A stretch of DNA of 53,245 nt from contig CAJOQK010000120.1 in the NCBI GenBank assembly GCA_905236885.1, forward strand, positions 1 through 53,245. Direction: 5' to 3'. Below the pieces are notes generated by a model. It worked only from the letters and a program-made list of their open reading frames with translations, did not search any database and was not told the DNA's origin. Positions 37,561 to 47,743 of the stretch are shown in pieces (the first letter of the stretch is position 1; each line of letters opens with the position of its first letter). The DNA comes from an uncultured Bacteroidales bacterium (GTDB lineage Bacteria; Bacteroidota; Bacteroidia; Bacteroidales; WCHB1-69). A program made the position numbers and the translations under genes.

Positions 37561-38295
37561 TTATGCTGTTATTTTTTTACGAAAGATTAATGAAACAATG
37601 ATGTAGCAGAATGTTATCAGCGGAATGGCTTGAATTGCATAAAATTCGGGTGTCAGGACAAATGCTGCCAATAGGATTGCGCTGATAAACAGGAATATGT
37701 AGCGATGCAGGTTTTCTTTCCAACGCAGATTTTTGAATTTAAGAGAGAACAGCGGAATGTTGGTAAGCATGAGCATGCTCACGACCAGGAAGGCCGCATG
37801 GTACACAATCGTGTGAAAGCTGGCAAGGGCAAAAGGCAGCGAAACAACGGTGAATGCCGCAAGGGGAATGGGCAGCCCCCTGAAGTTTTCGGTCTGCCGC
37901 TCATCCAAATTGAATTTGCCCAGGCGCAAGGCTCCCGCACAAACGTAGATGGCACAGAGGATGAATGGTATAATGATAATACCATGCATGTCTGCAAAAT
38001 ACCAGGAAAATCCGGTCTTGCGGGGAAGGCCGCCAAGGGCGTCCCAGAATTGGTAGGACATCAAGGCAGGAACCACTCCGAAAGAGACAAGGTCGGAGAG
38101 GGAATCCAGCTGCTTTCCCAATTCCGACTTCACATGCAGCAGCCTTGCCACCAGGCCGTCACAGAAGTCGAACAGCAGGGCGCAGCACATCATCAGGAGA
38201 CTCCCATCAAAGTTATGGTGAGCCGCGAAAGCAATGGCGGTGAATCCCGAAAACAGGTTCAGCAGAGTGATAAAGTTCGGAATATGCTTTTTCAT
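37561..38295 (-). CDS. pssA: CDP-diacylglycerol--serine O-phosphatidyltransferase
   Basis: CDP-alcohol phosphatidyltransferase motif DFCDGLVAR...GKQLDSLSD in a 244-aa multi-helix membrane protein. Confidence 0.8.
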   Translation of the reverse strand: MKKHIPNFITLLNLFSGFTAIAFAAHHNFDGSLLMMCCALLFDFCDGLVARLLHVKSELGKQLDSLSDLVSFGVVPALMSYQFWDALGGLPRKTGFSWYFADMHGIIIIPFILCAIYVCAGALRLGKFNLDERQTENFRGLPIPLAAFTVVSLPFALASFHTIVYHAAFLVVSMLMLTNIPLFSLKFKNLRWKENLHRYIFLFISAILLAAFVLTPEFYAIQAIPLITFCYIIVSLIFRKKITA

Positions 38296-39329
38296 TCGTC
38301 AAAAAGGTTTAAGGTTCCATTTTTTGCAGGCTGGGCAATGCCGAGATGCCGGTAGGCCAGCTCCGTTGCTTCTCGTCCCCGGGGAGTGCGCACCAAGAAG
38401 CCTTCCTGAATCAGGTAAGGCTCGTACACCTCCTCAATGGTGCCTGCATCTTCTCCCACCGCCGTGGCGATGGTGCTCAGACCGACCGGTCCGCCTTTGA
38501 ACTTGTGGATGATGGCGGTGAGGATGCGGTTGTCCATCTCGTCCAGACCGTAGGTGTCCACGTTGAGGGCGCTCAGGCCGAAGCGGGCGATTTCCAGGTC
38601 AATGTGCCCGTTTCCCTTGATTTGGGCGAAGTCGCGCACGCGGCGCAGCAGCAGGTTGGCGATACGGGGAGTTCCACGGCTGCGGCGGGCTATTTCATGT
38701 GCGGCGGCCTTTTCAATGTCAATCTGCAGGATGCCGGCGGAGCGCAGTATGATTTTTTCCAGGGTGCCGGTATCGTAATAGTTCAGCCGCAATGTGATGC
38801 CGAAACGGGAGCGCAGCGGCGCGGTCAGCAGTCCGGAGCGGGTGGTGGCTCCCACTAAGGTAAAGTGGTTCAAGCCAATCTGTACGCTTCGGGCATTTGG
38901 CCCCGTCTCAATCATGATGTCAATTTTATAGTCCTCCATCGCAGAGTAGAGGTATTCCTCCACCACAGGGGAGAGCCTGTGTATCTCATCGATGAAAAGC
39001 ACATCGTTGGGTTCCAGATTGGTGAGCAGTCCGGCCAGGTCGCCCGGCTTGTCAATGACAGGCCCGGAGGTGACGCGGATGTTTACCCCCATTTCGTTGG
39101 CGATGATGTTGGAGAGTGTGGTTTTGCCCAATCCGGGAGGGCCGTGCAGCAGCACATGGTCCAGGGATTCGCCGCGTTGTTTGGCGGCCCGGACAAAAAT
39201 TTTCAAATTTTCAACCACCTGCTCCTGACCCGCGAAATTGCTGAAATCGCCCGGACGAATCACTTTTTCAATCTCTTTCTCCGACAGACTGAGCCTTTCT
39301 GCGTTGGGATCCAAGTTGGGATTTATCAT
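38292..39329 (-). CDS. ruvB: Holliday junction branch-migration ATPase RuvB
   Basis: Walker [10 protein letters not shown], Walker B LFIDEIHR, and the typical opening RP..F..F.GQ; 345 aa. Confidence 0.93.
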   Translation of the reverse strand: MINPNLDPNAERLSLSEKEIEKVIRPGDFSNFAGQEQVVENLKIFVRAAKQRGESLDHVLLHGPPGLGKTTLSNIIANEMGVNIRVTSGPVIDKPGDLAGLLTNLEPNDVLFIDEIHRLSPVVEEYLYSAMEDYKIDIMIETGPNARSVQIGLNHFTLVGATTRSGLLTAPLRSRFGITLRLNYYDTGTLEKIILRSAGILQIDIEKAAAHEIARRSRGTPRIANLLLRRVRDFAQIKGNGHIDLEIARFGLSALNVDTYGLDEMDNRILTAIIHKFKGGPVGLSTIATAVGEDAGTIEEVYEPYLIQEGFLVRTPRGREATELAYRHLGIAQPAKNGTLNLFDE

Positions 39330-39455
39330 AAAAAAATTTTTTACAAATGTCCATAAAAATCCAATACGGAATCCAGTCTTTCGAATAAAAATTTATTGTG
39401 GCTTCCAATGATAATAATTTTTTCGTCCCTTTCATTTTCATTCCAAAAAAATGAT

Positions 39456-39463
39456 TACTTTTG
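39456..39463 (+). promoter_or_regulatory. -7 promoter motif for purA
   Basis: TACTTTTG lies 68 nt upstream of the ATG at 39531. Confidence 0.5.
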
Positions 39464-39521
39464 CAAGTTGGTGCGTTTTGATTTTGAAAAGCGCAAACGT
39501 TTGATTTTAAACATATAATAG

Positions 39522-40802
<1,281 letters not shown>

Positions 40803-40833
40803 GGATTGAAAAAATTATTGTAAGTAAAATAAG

Positions 40834-41544
40834 ATGAGGAATATTGCAATCATATTGGCAGGCGGTGTCGGCAGCCGGATGGGGTGTGCCACGCCCAAGC
40901 AGTTCCTTGAACTTGCCGGACGCCCGGTGATTGCACATTCCATTGAAGTTTTCGCATCGCATGCCGCCATTGACGAGGTGGCTGTGGTGGTGCATCCCGA
41001 ATGGCGTGGACGCATGGAGGAGATTGCCGCCGCCAATCATTGGGATAAACTCAAAAAAATCATCAATGGCGGTGACGAACGCTACAGGTCAAGCATGAAC
41101 GCGGTGGCAGCCTGTCAGGAGGAGCCTGATGACACCAACCTGCTGTTTCACGATGCGGCCCGTCCTTGGGTTTCAGGGAAAATCATAACCCGTGTTATGG
41201 AGGCTTTGCGTACACATGAGGCAGTCGGTGTGGCCATTCCGAGTGCCGATACCGTTTGGGAGGTGGAGGATGGTGCGGTTCGCGAGATTCCCGACCGCAG
41301 CCGGATGTGGCTGGCACAGACTCCGCAGGCCTTCCGCCTGCCTTTGATTCGCGAAGCTTATCGTCGTGCCATGAAGGATCCCAAATTCCAAGCCACCGAC
41401 GACTGTGGGGTGGTGCTACGCTACATGCCCGGTGCCAGCATCTGTCCGGTGGAGGGGGATTTGCGGAATATGAAGGTGACAGCTCCACAAGATCTTGTCA
41501 TCATGGAACAAATTATGAAAGAAAAACAGAACGGAATATTTTAA
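40834..41544 (+). CDS. IspD-family cytidylyltransferase (2-C-methyl-D-erythritol-4-P or pentitol-phosphate cytidylyltransferase), copy 1
   Basis: AIILAGGVGSRMG...PKQF, HDAARP, AQTPQAF, TDDCG and EGDLRNMKVTAPQDL: near-canonical IspD motifs. Confidence 0.75.
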   Translation: MRNIAIILAGGVGSRMGCATPKQFLELAGRPVIAHSIEVFASHAAIDEVAVVVHPEWRGRMEEIAAANHWDKLKKIINGGDERYRSSMNAVAACQEEPDDTNLLFHDAARPWVSGKIITRVMEALRTHEAVGVAIPSADTVWEVEDGAVREIPDRSRMWLAQTPQAFRLPLIREAYRRAMKDPKFQATDDCGVVLRYMPGASICPVEGDLRNMKVTAPQDLVIMEQIMKEKQNGIF

Positions 41545-41554
41545 ATCAACAGAT

Positions 41555-42268
41555 ATGAATATCGGGTTAATTATTGCGGGAGGAGTGGGTGCCCGAATGG
41601 GGCAGAGCATCCCGAAACAGTTTCTGACAGTGAATGACCGTCCGGTGATTGTATATACCCTGGAGGCTTTCCAGAAACATGCGGAAATAGATGTGATAGC
41701 CGTGGTTTGTGTTGCCGGATGGGAGCAGGTGCTGTGGGCCTATGCCTCCCAATTCAATATCACAAAACTGAAACATGTCATTACCGGAGGCAAAAACGGG
41801 CAGGATTCTATCCGCAATGGTGTTTATGAGTTGGAAAAGCATTATCAGCCGGAGGATGTGGTGCTTATACATGATGCCATCCGCCCCATGGTCTCTGCGG
41901 AAATAATTTCTGACTGCATTGTCAAGACGAAACAGTTCGGATGTGCCATCACAACCATTCCTTGTGCTGAAGCAATGATGTGTACGGAGGACGGCTTGGT
42001 GTCGACGGGGAGCTATCCTCGGGAAAAACTGAAAAGGACACAGACCCCACAGGGTTTCCCTTTAGGTAAGATTTGCGACCTGCATCGTCGTGCCTTGGAA
42101 AAAGGCATCACCAATTCCGTGGCTTCATGCACTTTGATGGTGGAAATGGGGGAACAGATATATTTTTCAGCCGGTTCGGAAAAAAACTTGAAGCTGACGA
42201 CTGTGGATGATATTGACATTTTTAAGGCGTTATTGATTGCCAAACGTTCAGAGTGGCTAAAGGGTTGA
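41555..42268 (+). CDS. IspD/TarI-family cytidylyltransferase, diverged copy 2 (pentitol- or other alditol-phosphate cytidylyltransferase)
   Basis: LIIAGGVGARMG...PKQF, HDAIRP, TQTPQGF and KNLKLTTVDDI. Several IspD substrate-side motifs are replaced (the TDD motif is absent). Confidence 0.7.
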   Translation: MNIGLIIAGGVGARMGQSIPKQFLTVNDRPVIVYTLEAFQKHAEIDVIAVVCVAGWEQVLWAYASQFNITKLKHVITGGKNGQDSIRNGVYELEKHYQPEDVVLIHDAIRPMVSAEIISDCIVKTKQFGCAITTIPCAEAMMCTEDGLVSTGSYPREKLKRTQTPQGFPLGKICDLHRRALEKGITNSVASCTLMVEMGEQIYFSAGSEKNLKLTTVDDIDIFKALLIAKRSEWLKG

Positions 42269-42272
42269 AAAA

Positions 42273-43319
42273 ATGAATCTGTATAAAAGCAAGCTCTATT
42301 GCTCTGATTTGGAAGAGGCGCTTTCTTCCGTTCCCTCATTGGAACGGTTGCGAGGCTCGTCCGTACTGATAGGTGGTGCGACGGGACTGATAGGCTCTTT
42401 CCTGACGGATATGCTGCTGGCTTATGGCAATCATGGTGGAAATGTGCATGTTTATGCCATGGGACGCAGTTTGGAGCGTCTGCAAAAACGTTTTGAAGGA
42501 GTTCGGACAGATTTTCTCCATTTAGTGGAACATGATGTAACAAATCCTCTTTGTTTTGATTTTCAGGTAGATTACATAATTAACGCTGCCAGTAACGCCT
42601 ATCCGGCATCATTTAATCTGGATCCGGTAGGGACAATCATGGGTAATATCTTGGGTACAAGGAATATGTTGGATTTTGGTAGGGAAAAGGGTATGCGCCG
42701 TTTTTTGTATGTCTCGTCAGGAGAGGTTTACGGACAAGGTGAAATCTCATCGTCCCCTTATGTCGAATCCTATTCCGGATATGTGGATCCGATGAGCGCC
42801 CGTTCATGCTACCCTAATGGGAAAAGGGCGGCGGAGACGCTTTGTGCGGCATATTCAAAACAATATGACGTGGATGTTGTTGTGGGCCGTCCCTGTCATA
42901 CTTACGGCCCGAATGTGACGGCATCGGACAATCGGGCCAATGTCCAGTTCGTGAACAATGTGTTAAAGGGTGAGGACATTGTCCTGAAAAGTGCCGGATT
43001 GCAGGAAAGGTCATATTGTTATGTGGCTGATTGCGCCTCCGCTCTGCTGACCGTGTTGTTGGAAGGGGAGAAAATGGAAGCGTATAATATTGCAAATCAA
43101 AATTCTGTAGTGACTATAGCGGAATTTGCCAAGGAGGTGGCGGAGCAGGCTGGCCGCAAGTTGGTGTATGCGGAACCCGACAAGGCTGCATTGGCCGAAC
43201 GGACTCCAATTATGAGGCAGGTGCTGGATGCTGGGAAACTGGTTCAGTTGGGCTGGAATGGAAAATTTTCGCTAAAAAAAGGGATCAGTCATACTTTGAA
43301 CATTTTAAAGGGAGAATAG
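42273..43319 (+). CDS. Extended short-chain dehydrogenase/reductase (NAD-dependent epimerase/dehydratase family)
   Basis: Rossmann motif GGATGLIGS and catalytic YxxxK (YPNGKRAAE); 348 aa. Confidence 0.75.
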   Translation: MNLYKSKLYCSDLEEALSSVPSLERLRGSSVLIGGATGLIGSFLTDMLLAYGNHGGNVHVYAMGRSLERLQKRFEGVRTDFLHLVEHDVTNPLCFDFQVDYIINAASNAYPASFNLDPVGTIMGNILGTRNMLDFGREKGMRRFLYVSSGEVYGQGEISSSPYVESYSGYVDPMSARSCYPNGKRAAETLCAAYSKQYDVDVVVGRPCHTYGPNVTASDNRANVQFVNNVLKGEDIVLKSAGLQERSYCYVADCASALLTVLLEGEKMEAYNIANQNSVVTIAEFAKEVAEQAGRKLVYAEPDKAALAERTPIMRQVLDAGKLVQLGWNGKFSLKKGISHTLNILKGE

Positions 43320-43321
43320 CG

Positions 43322-44023
43322 ATGTTGGAAAAACTGAAGGAAAACGTGTGTGAGGCCAACTTGGAACTCGTTTCAAAGGGGGTGGTCATATATACCTGGG
43401 GCAATGTCAGCGGTTTGGACAGGGAAAGCGGACTTGTTGTAATCAAGCCTTCCGGTTTGGATTATGCTGTTATGCGACCGGAAGACATGGTTGTGGTGGA
43501 TGTAAATACCGCAAAGGTGGTTGAAGGGAAATGGAAACCCTCATCTGATTTGAAGACACATCTGGAAATTTACAGGTCTTTCCCTGAAATAGGCGGTATT
43601 ACGCATACCCATTCAGTGTTTGCGGTCTCGTTCGCCCAGGCGGGGATTGATGTTCCGGCTTTGGGCACCACCCATGCGGACTATTTTTATGGGGAGATAC
43701 CTTGTACGCGCAGCCTTACAAAAGAAGAGGTTGAAACGGACTATGAGGCAAACACGGGGAAGGTGGTGGTTGAAACCATGCGGCAGATCAAGTCGGATCC
43801 CAAGCTTGTTCCGGGAATATTGGTGCGCAATCACGGTCCGTTCGCGTTTGGAAAGGATGCCAAACAATCAGTTTATCATGCTGTTGTGATGGAGGAGGTA
43901 TGCAAGATGGCTATTTTTACCAAAATGTTGAACCCTCAGGCGCAGATGCCGCAATATATAATGGACAAGCATTTTATGCGTAAACATGGCGCAAATGCCT
44001 ATTATGGTCAAAAATCTGAATGA
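43322..44023 (+). CDS. Class II aldolase/adducin-fold enzyme, L-ribulose-5-phosphate 4-epimerase (AraD)-like
   Basis: 233 aa. The opening [27 protein letters not shown], then VIKPSG, HTHS and the C-terminal [10 protein letters not shown] closely match the AraD pattern as I remember it. Confidence 0.75.
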   Translation: MLEKLKENVCEANLELVSKGVVIYTWGNVSGLDRESGLVVIKPSGLDYAVMRPEDMVVVDVNTAKVVEGKWKPSSDLKTHLEIYRSFPEIGGITHTHSVFAVSFAQAGIDVPALGTTHADYFYGEIPCTRSLTKEEVETDYEANTGKVVVETMRQIKSDPKLVPGILVRNHGPFAFGKDAKQSVYHAVVMEEVCKMAIFTKMLNPQAQMPQYIMDKHFMRKHGANAYYGQKSE

Positions 44024-45357
44024 TGAGTTGGTTCCGGCAGATAAAGGAGAAGTATTTTACAGTTTCAGTGAAGTATTCATTGCGGCTTGTTTGGGCATAT
44101 AAGGATGTGCTGAGGGCGCATTTTTCTCCCGTTTTCTCATGTTATGTGCGCTGTTTTGGAAAGTCCCAAAAAAAGGCCGCCCAATCGTTGCGGAATAAAA
44201 ACTGCAGGGAGGTGGCTTTTTTCCTGACCATTCCCGGAATGTGGAAGACGGATTATCTGTTCAAAAAAATGATGGAAAGCCCATATTATCACCCGTATGT
44301 GGTGATTTATCCCTATTCTGTGTACAAGGATTTCAGCAAAGAGGAGATATGGAACACGATTCACCGTACTGAGGAATTTGTCAGGGAAAAAGGATTCGAA
44401 TATGTGGTCCCATACGATGAGAAAAAGGGAAAGTGGCTGGATGTCAGAAAGATTTATCGTCCTGACATTGTTTTTTTCACCACTCCGTACAAAGATATTC
44501 CCTCCCAATATTACATCTATCATTTCAGAAAAAGTTTGTGCTGTTATGTCCCGTATGGGTTCGCCTCATTGGAATTGGGAAAACTGAATTATGATTTGGT
44601 GTTCCATAACTTGTTGGGGATGTATTTTTTGGAATCGGAAATACATCGGGAGATGGCTAAGAGGAATGCCCGTAACGGAACGAATTTGTATGTGTCCGGT
44701 TTTCCCGGGACGGAAGTGTATTTGAGGAAGGACTATACTCCCAAGGAGGTGTGGAAGAGCCAGCCTGTGGCAAAAAAACGGTTGATTTGGGCTCCCCATC
44801 ATACCATCGGTCAGGAGGAAGCTGTCGGAATTTCAACTTTTTTGCTTTATTTTGACAGCATGTTGGCTTTGGCCAACAAGTACAGGGAGGTGCTGCAGAT
44901 TGCCTTCAAACCGCACCAGTTGCTGAAATTCAAGCTGATTGCCTTATGGGGCGAAGAAAGGACGGAGGCTTATTACCGGCAATGGGACCAGATGGAAAAC
45001 ACCCAGTTGGAGGAGGCCGGATATGTCGACCTGTTCCTTACTTCGGATGCGATGATACATGATTGCGGTTCCTTCACGACGGAATATTTGTTCACCAGGA
45101 AACCGGTCATGTATCTGGAAAAGCCGGATGCGCCTTCCCCAACGTTTAACGATTTTGGCCGGATGTCCTTCTCAATGCACTATAACGGACGTTCCCTTTC
45201 CGATATTGAAGAGTTTGTCAAAAACGTGGTTATCGGTGGGGATGATCCGAAAAAGGAGTCCAGGCAGCATTTTTTTGACAAGTATTTGCAGCCGATAGAC
45301 GGCATGATGCCTTCGGAGAGGATTGTTTACGAAATAGAAAAACTGATTAATAGTTGA
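44020..45357 (+). CDS. CDP-glycerol/alditol-phosphate glycerophosphotransferase family protein (TagB/TagF-like)
   Basis: C-terminal half shows the TagF-type pattern (IWAPHHT..., FKPHQ..., [25 protein letters not shown]). 4-nt overlap with the upstream gene. Confidence 0.65.
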   Translation: MMSWFRQIKEKYFTVSVKYSLRLVWAYKDVLRAHFSPVFSCYVRCFGKSQKKAAQSLRNKNCREVAFFLTIPGMWKTDYLFKKMMESPYYHPYVVIYPYSVYKDFSKEEIWNTIHRTEEFVREKGFEYVVPYDEKKGKWLDVRKIYRPDIVFFTTPYKDIPSQYYIYHFRKSLCCYVPYGFASLELGKLNYDLVFHNLLGMYFLESEIHREMAKRNARNGTNLYVSGFPGTEVYLRKDYTPKEVWKSQPVAKKRLIWAPHHTIGQEEAVGISTFLLYFDSMLALANKYREVLQIAFKPHQLLKFKLIALWGEERTEAYYRQWDQMENTQLEEAGYVDLFLTSDAMIHDCGSFTTEYLFTRKPVMYLEKPDAPSPTFNDFGRMSFSMHYNGRSLSDIEEFVKNVVIGGDDPKKESRQHFFDKYLQPIDGMMPSERIVYEIEKLINS

Positions 45358-46367
45358 TTATGAAAGTTTCCGTTATACTGCCCGTATATGGCGTGGCCGA
45401 ATATATTGAAAAATGTGTGCAGTCGCTGCTTGCACAGACACTTGATGAGGTGGAGTTCCTTTTTGTCGATGACCATGGTCCCGATGAGAGCATTGATATT
45501 TTGCGGCGCACCATCGAGGGCCATCCAAGAGCCTCGCAGTTCCGTGTGCTTACACCGGAACGCAATCTTGGTGCCGGCATGGCACGCAATTTCGGCATTC
45601 CTGAAGCGCAGGGCGAATATATTGCCTTCATTGATCCGGATGACACTGTCGAACCTGACATGCTGGAGGTGCTTTACAACAAAGCCAAGTCCCTTGACGC
45701 CGACATCTGCTGCTGCTATATGCAGAAGTGCTTCCCTGACGGCTCCACAGGCGACCTGCTCGTCAATCCGCATGTGGAGGAGGGGACTTTGTCGCATGAT
45801 AGTCGTGCTTACATCCTCACACATTATGTGTCACTGTTCGCATCGATGATTTACCGACGTGAAATGGTGGTGGCTGACGGCATACGTTTTCCTGAGGACC
45901 GTGCCGCCGACGACAGCTACTTTGTCTCATGCGTATGGATGAAGGCCCGCAGAGTGGCCTATGTGGACCGCCCGCTGTACCATTATCTTATACGTCCCGG
46001 TTCCGTGACAACAACCTTGCAGAGCGACAAATACAAAAAGCGGCTTTCGGTTTTTGGCAAGCTGATGCAGTATGCCCATGAGCATGGGGTCTATGACGAG
46101 TTCAAGTCTGAGTTGGACTATATGTATCTGAAAAAAGGCTACCTCTCATCAGTTGCCAACTATATTCGCAACAGTAGCAGGCCGGTTGCGTCCACATACT
46201 GCGAAATTTACGATGAGCTGATGCGTGTCATTCCAGACTATCGGGGCAACAGTTATCTGAAGCGTGACATCAAGATGCGTCTGTTGATATGGATGCTACG
46301 GCATTGTCCGGTGGCGGCGACAATTGCCATGCGTTGGTATATAAGGAAAAATAATATTGTAAGTTAG
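45354..46367 (+). CDS. Family 2 glycosyltransferase
   Basis: VSVILPVYGVAEYIEKCVQSLLAQT...FVDDHGPDES and the DPDD (DxD) motif. 4-nt overlap with the upstream gene. Confidence 0.85.
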   Translation: MIMKVSVILPVYGVAEYIEKCVQSLLAQTLDEVEFLFVDDHGPDESIDILRRTIEGHPRASQFRVLTPERNLGAGMARNFGIPEAQGEYIAFIDPDDTVEPDMLEVLYNKAKSLDADICCCYMQKCFPDGSTGDLLVNPHVEEGTLSHDSRAYILTHYVSLFASMIYRREMVVADGIRFPEDRAADDSYFVSCVWMKARRVAYVDRPLYHYLIRPGSVTTTLQSDKYKKRLSVFGKLMQYAHEHGVYDEFKSELDYMYLKKGYLSSVANYIRNSSRPVASTYCEIYDELMRVIPDYRGNSYLKRDIKMRLLIWMLRHCPVAATIAMRWYIRKNNIVS

Positions 46368-46370
46368 AAC

Positions 46371-47612
46371 ATGGATTTGATTGTTGGTGCCGGCATATCC
46401 GGTTTGAGTTACGCCGCAGCGGCGGGTGGGGATTTTCAGATTATCGAGGCGGAAGAACAGATTGGCGGCTATTGCAAGACTATCCGCAAGGAGGGGTTTG
46501 TGTGGGACTATTCCGGACACTTCTTCCACTTCCAGCATCCTGAGTTGCGGGACTATGTCATGCAACGTATCGCTCCGGATGAAATGCTTACAGTGCGCAA
46601 ACATACACAGATACTCTATAAGGACCGTCATGTGGATTTCCCGTTTCAGATGAACATACACCAGCTGGAACAGCAGGAGTTCATCGATTGCCTATATGAT
46701 TTGTTTTCAATACCTGATAATGCTCCGTCCGACACCTTCAAGCAGATGCTTTATGCAAAGTTCGGACGCTCTATCGCTGACAAGTTCCTGATTCCATACA
46801 ATTCCAAGCTCTATGCCACCGATCTTGACAATCTTGATGTGGATGCCATGGGGCGTTTTTTCCCTTATGCTGACAAGGAACAGATAGTCCGTAATTTCCG
46901 TAATCCGGAGGGAAAGAGTTACAATGCCACATTCCTCTATCCCAAAGTAGGGTGCATACGTATTGTCAATTCTGTTGCATCGCATGTGGATTCTTCTCGT
47001 ATTTCCCTTGGTGAGAGACTCCTTTCTGTTGACATGGATACGCATACCGCTGTCACAAACAGGCGCACCTTGCACTACGACAGGCTGGTTTCAACGATGC
47101 CGCTGCCACGGCTGCTTGATATCTGCTCCGTGCCATACGATAGCGGCATATATTCCTGGAACAAGGTTTTGGTCTTTAATCTCGGCTTTGATGCAAAAGG
47201 TCCCGAGCGCACTAATTGCTGGATTTATATTCCTGAAAACAAGTATGTTTTCTATCGTGTCGGTTTCTATGACAATATAATCGGACAGGACCGCATGTCG
47301 CTTTATGTCGAGATAGGCTTTGCAAAGGGGCAGCCGGTAGGGGATACTGGCAGTCTTTTGCAGCGCACGCTTGACGACCTGCATAATGCCGGAATCGTTA
47401 CAAACCAGAGGCTGGTTGCCGAACATCATGTGCTGATGGATCCCGCCTATGTCCACGTCACCCGCCATTCTGAAATGGACAAGCAGGAAAAGATGGCGTT
47501 GTTGGCAAAATATGGCATTTATTCTATAGGCAGGTATGGTGCATGGAAATATTGCTCCTTGGAAGACAATATGTTTGATGCTTTTAAGCTTGCTGGAGAA
47601 TTAAAGGAATAA
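46371..47612 (+). CDS. FAD/NAD(P)-binding oxidoreductase (amine-oxidase / UDP-galactopyranose-mutase-like fold)
   Basis: N-terminal GxGxxG (VGAGISGLS) followed by IGGYCKT...WDYSGHFFH, a pattern resembling Glf-type flavoenzymes. The exact activity cannot be called. Confidence 0.6.
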   Translation: MDLIVGAGISGLSYAAAAGGDFQIIEAEEQIGGYCKTIRKEGFVWDYSGHFFHFQHPELRDYVMQRIAPDEMLTVRKHTQILYKDRHVDFPFQMNIHQLEQQEFIDCLYDLFSIPDNAPSDTFKQMLYAKFGRSIADKFLIPYNSKLYATDLDNLDVDAMGRFFPYADKEQIVRNFRNPEGKSYNATFLYPKVGCIRIVNSVASHVDSSRISLGERLLSVDMDTHTAVTNRRTLHYDRLVSTMPLPRLLDICSVPYDSGIYSWNKVLVFNLGFDAKGPERTNCWIYIPENKYVFYRVGFYDNIIGQDRMSLYVEIGFAKGQPVGDTGSLLQRTLDDLHNAGIVTNQRLVAEHHVLMDPAYVHVTRHSEMDKQEKMALLAKYGIYSIGRYGAWKYCSLEDNMFDAFKLAGELKE

Positions 47613-47743
47613 TCTTAAAATTCCATGCGTGACTATGTGTAAATAATGCAATATAAAGTTTTTGCAAAAGTATCTTTCAAAAGATATATATTTTTAAAAA
47701 AGTATTTTATTTAGTTATAAAATAAATAGAAAAATTTTTAGCA

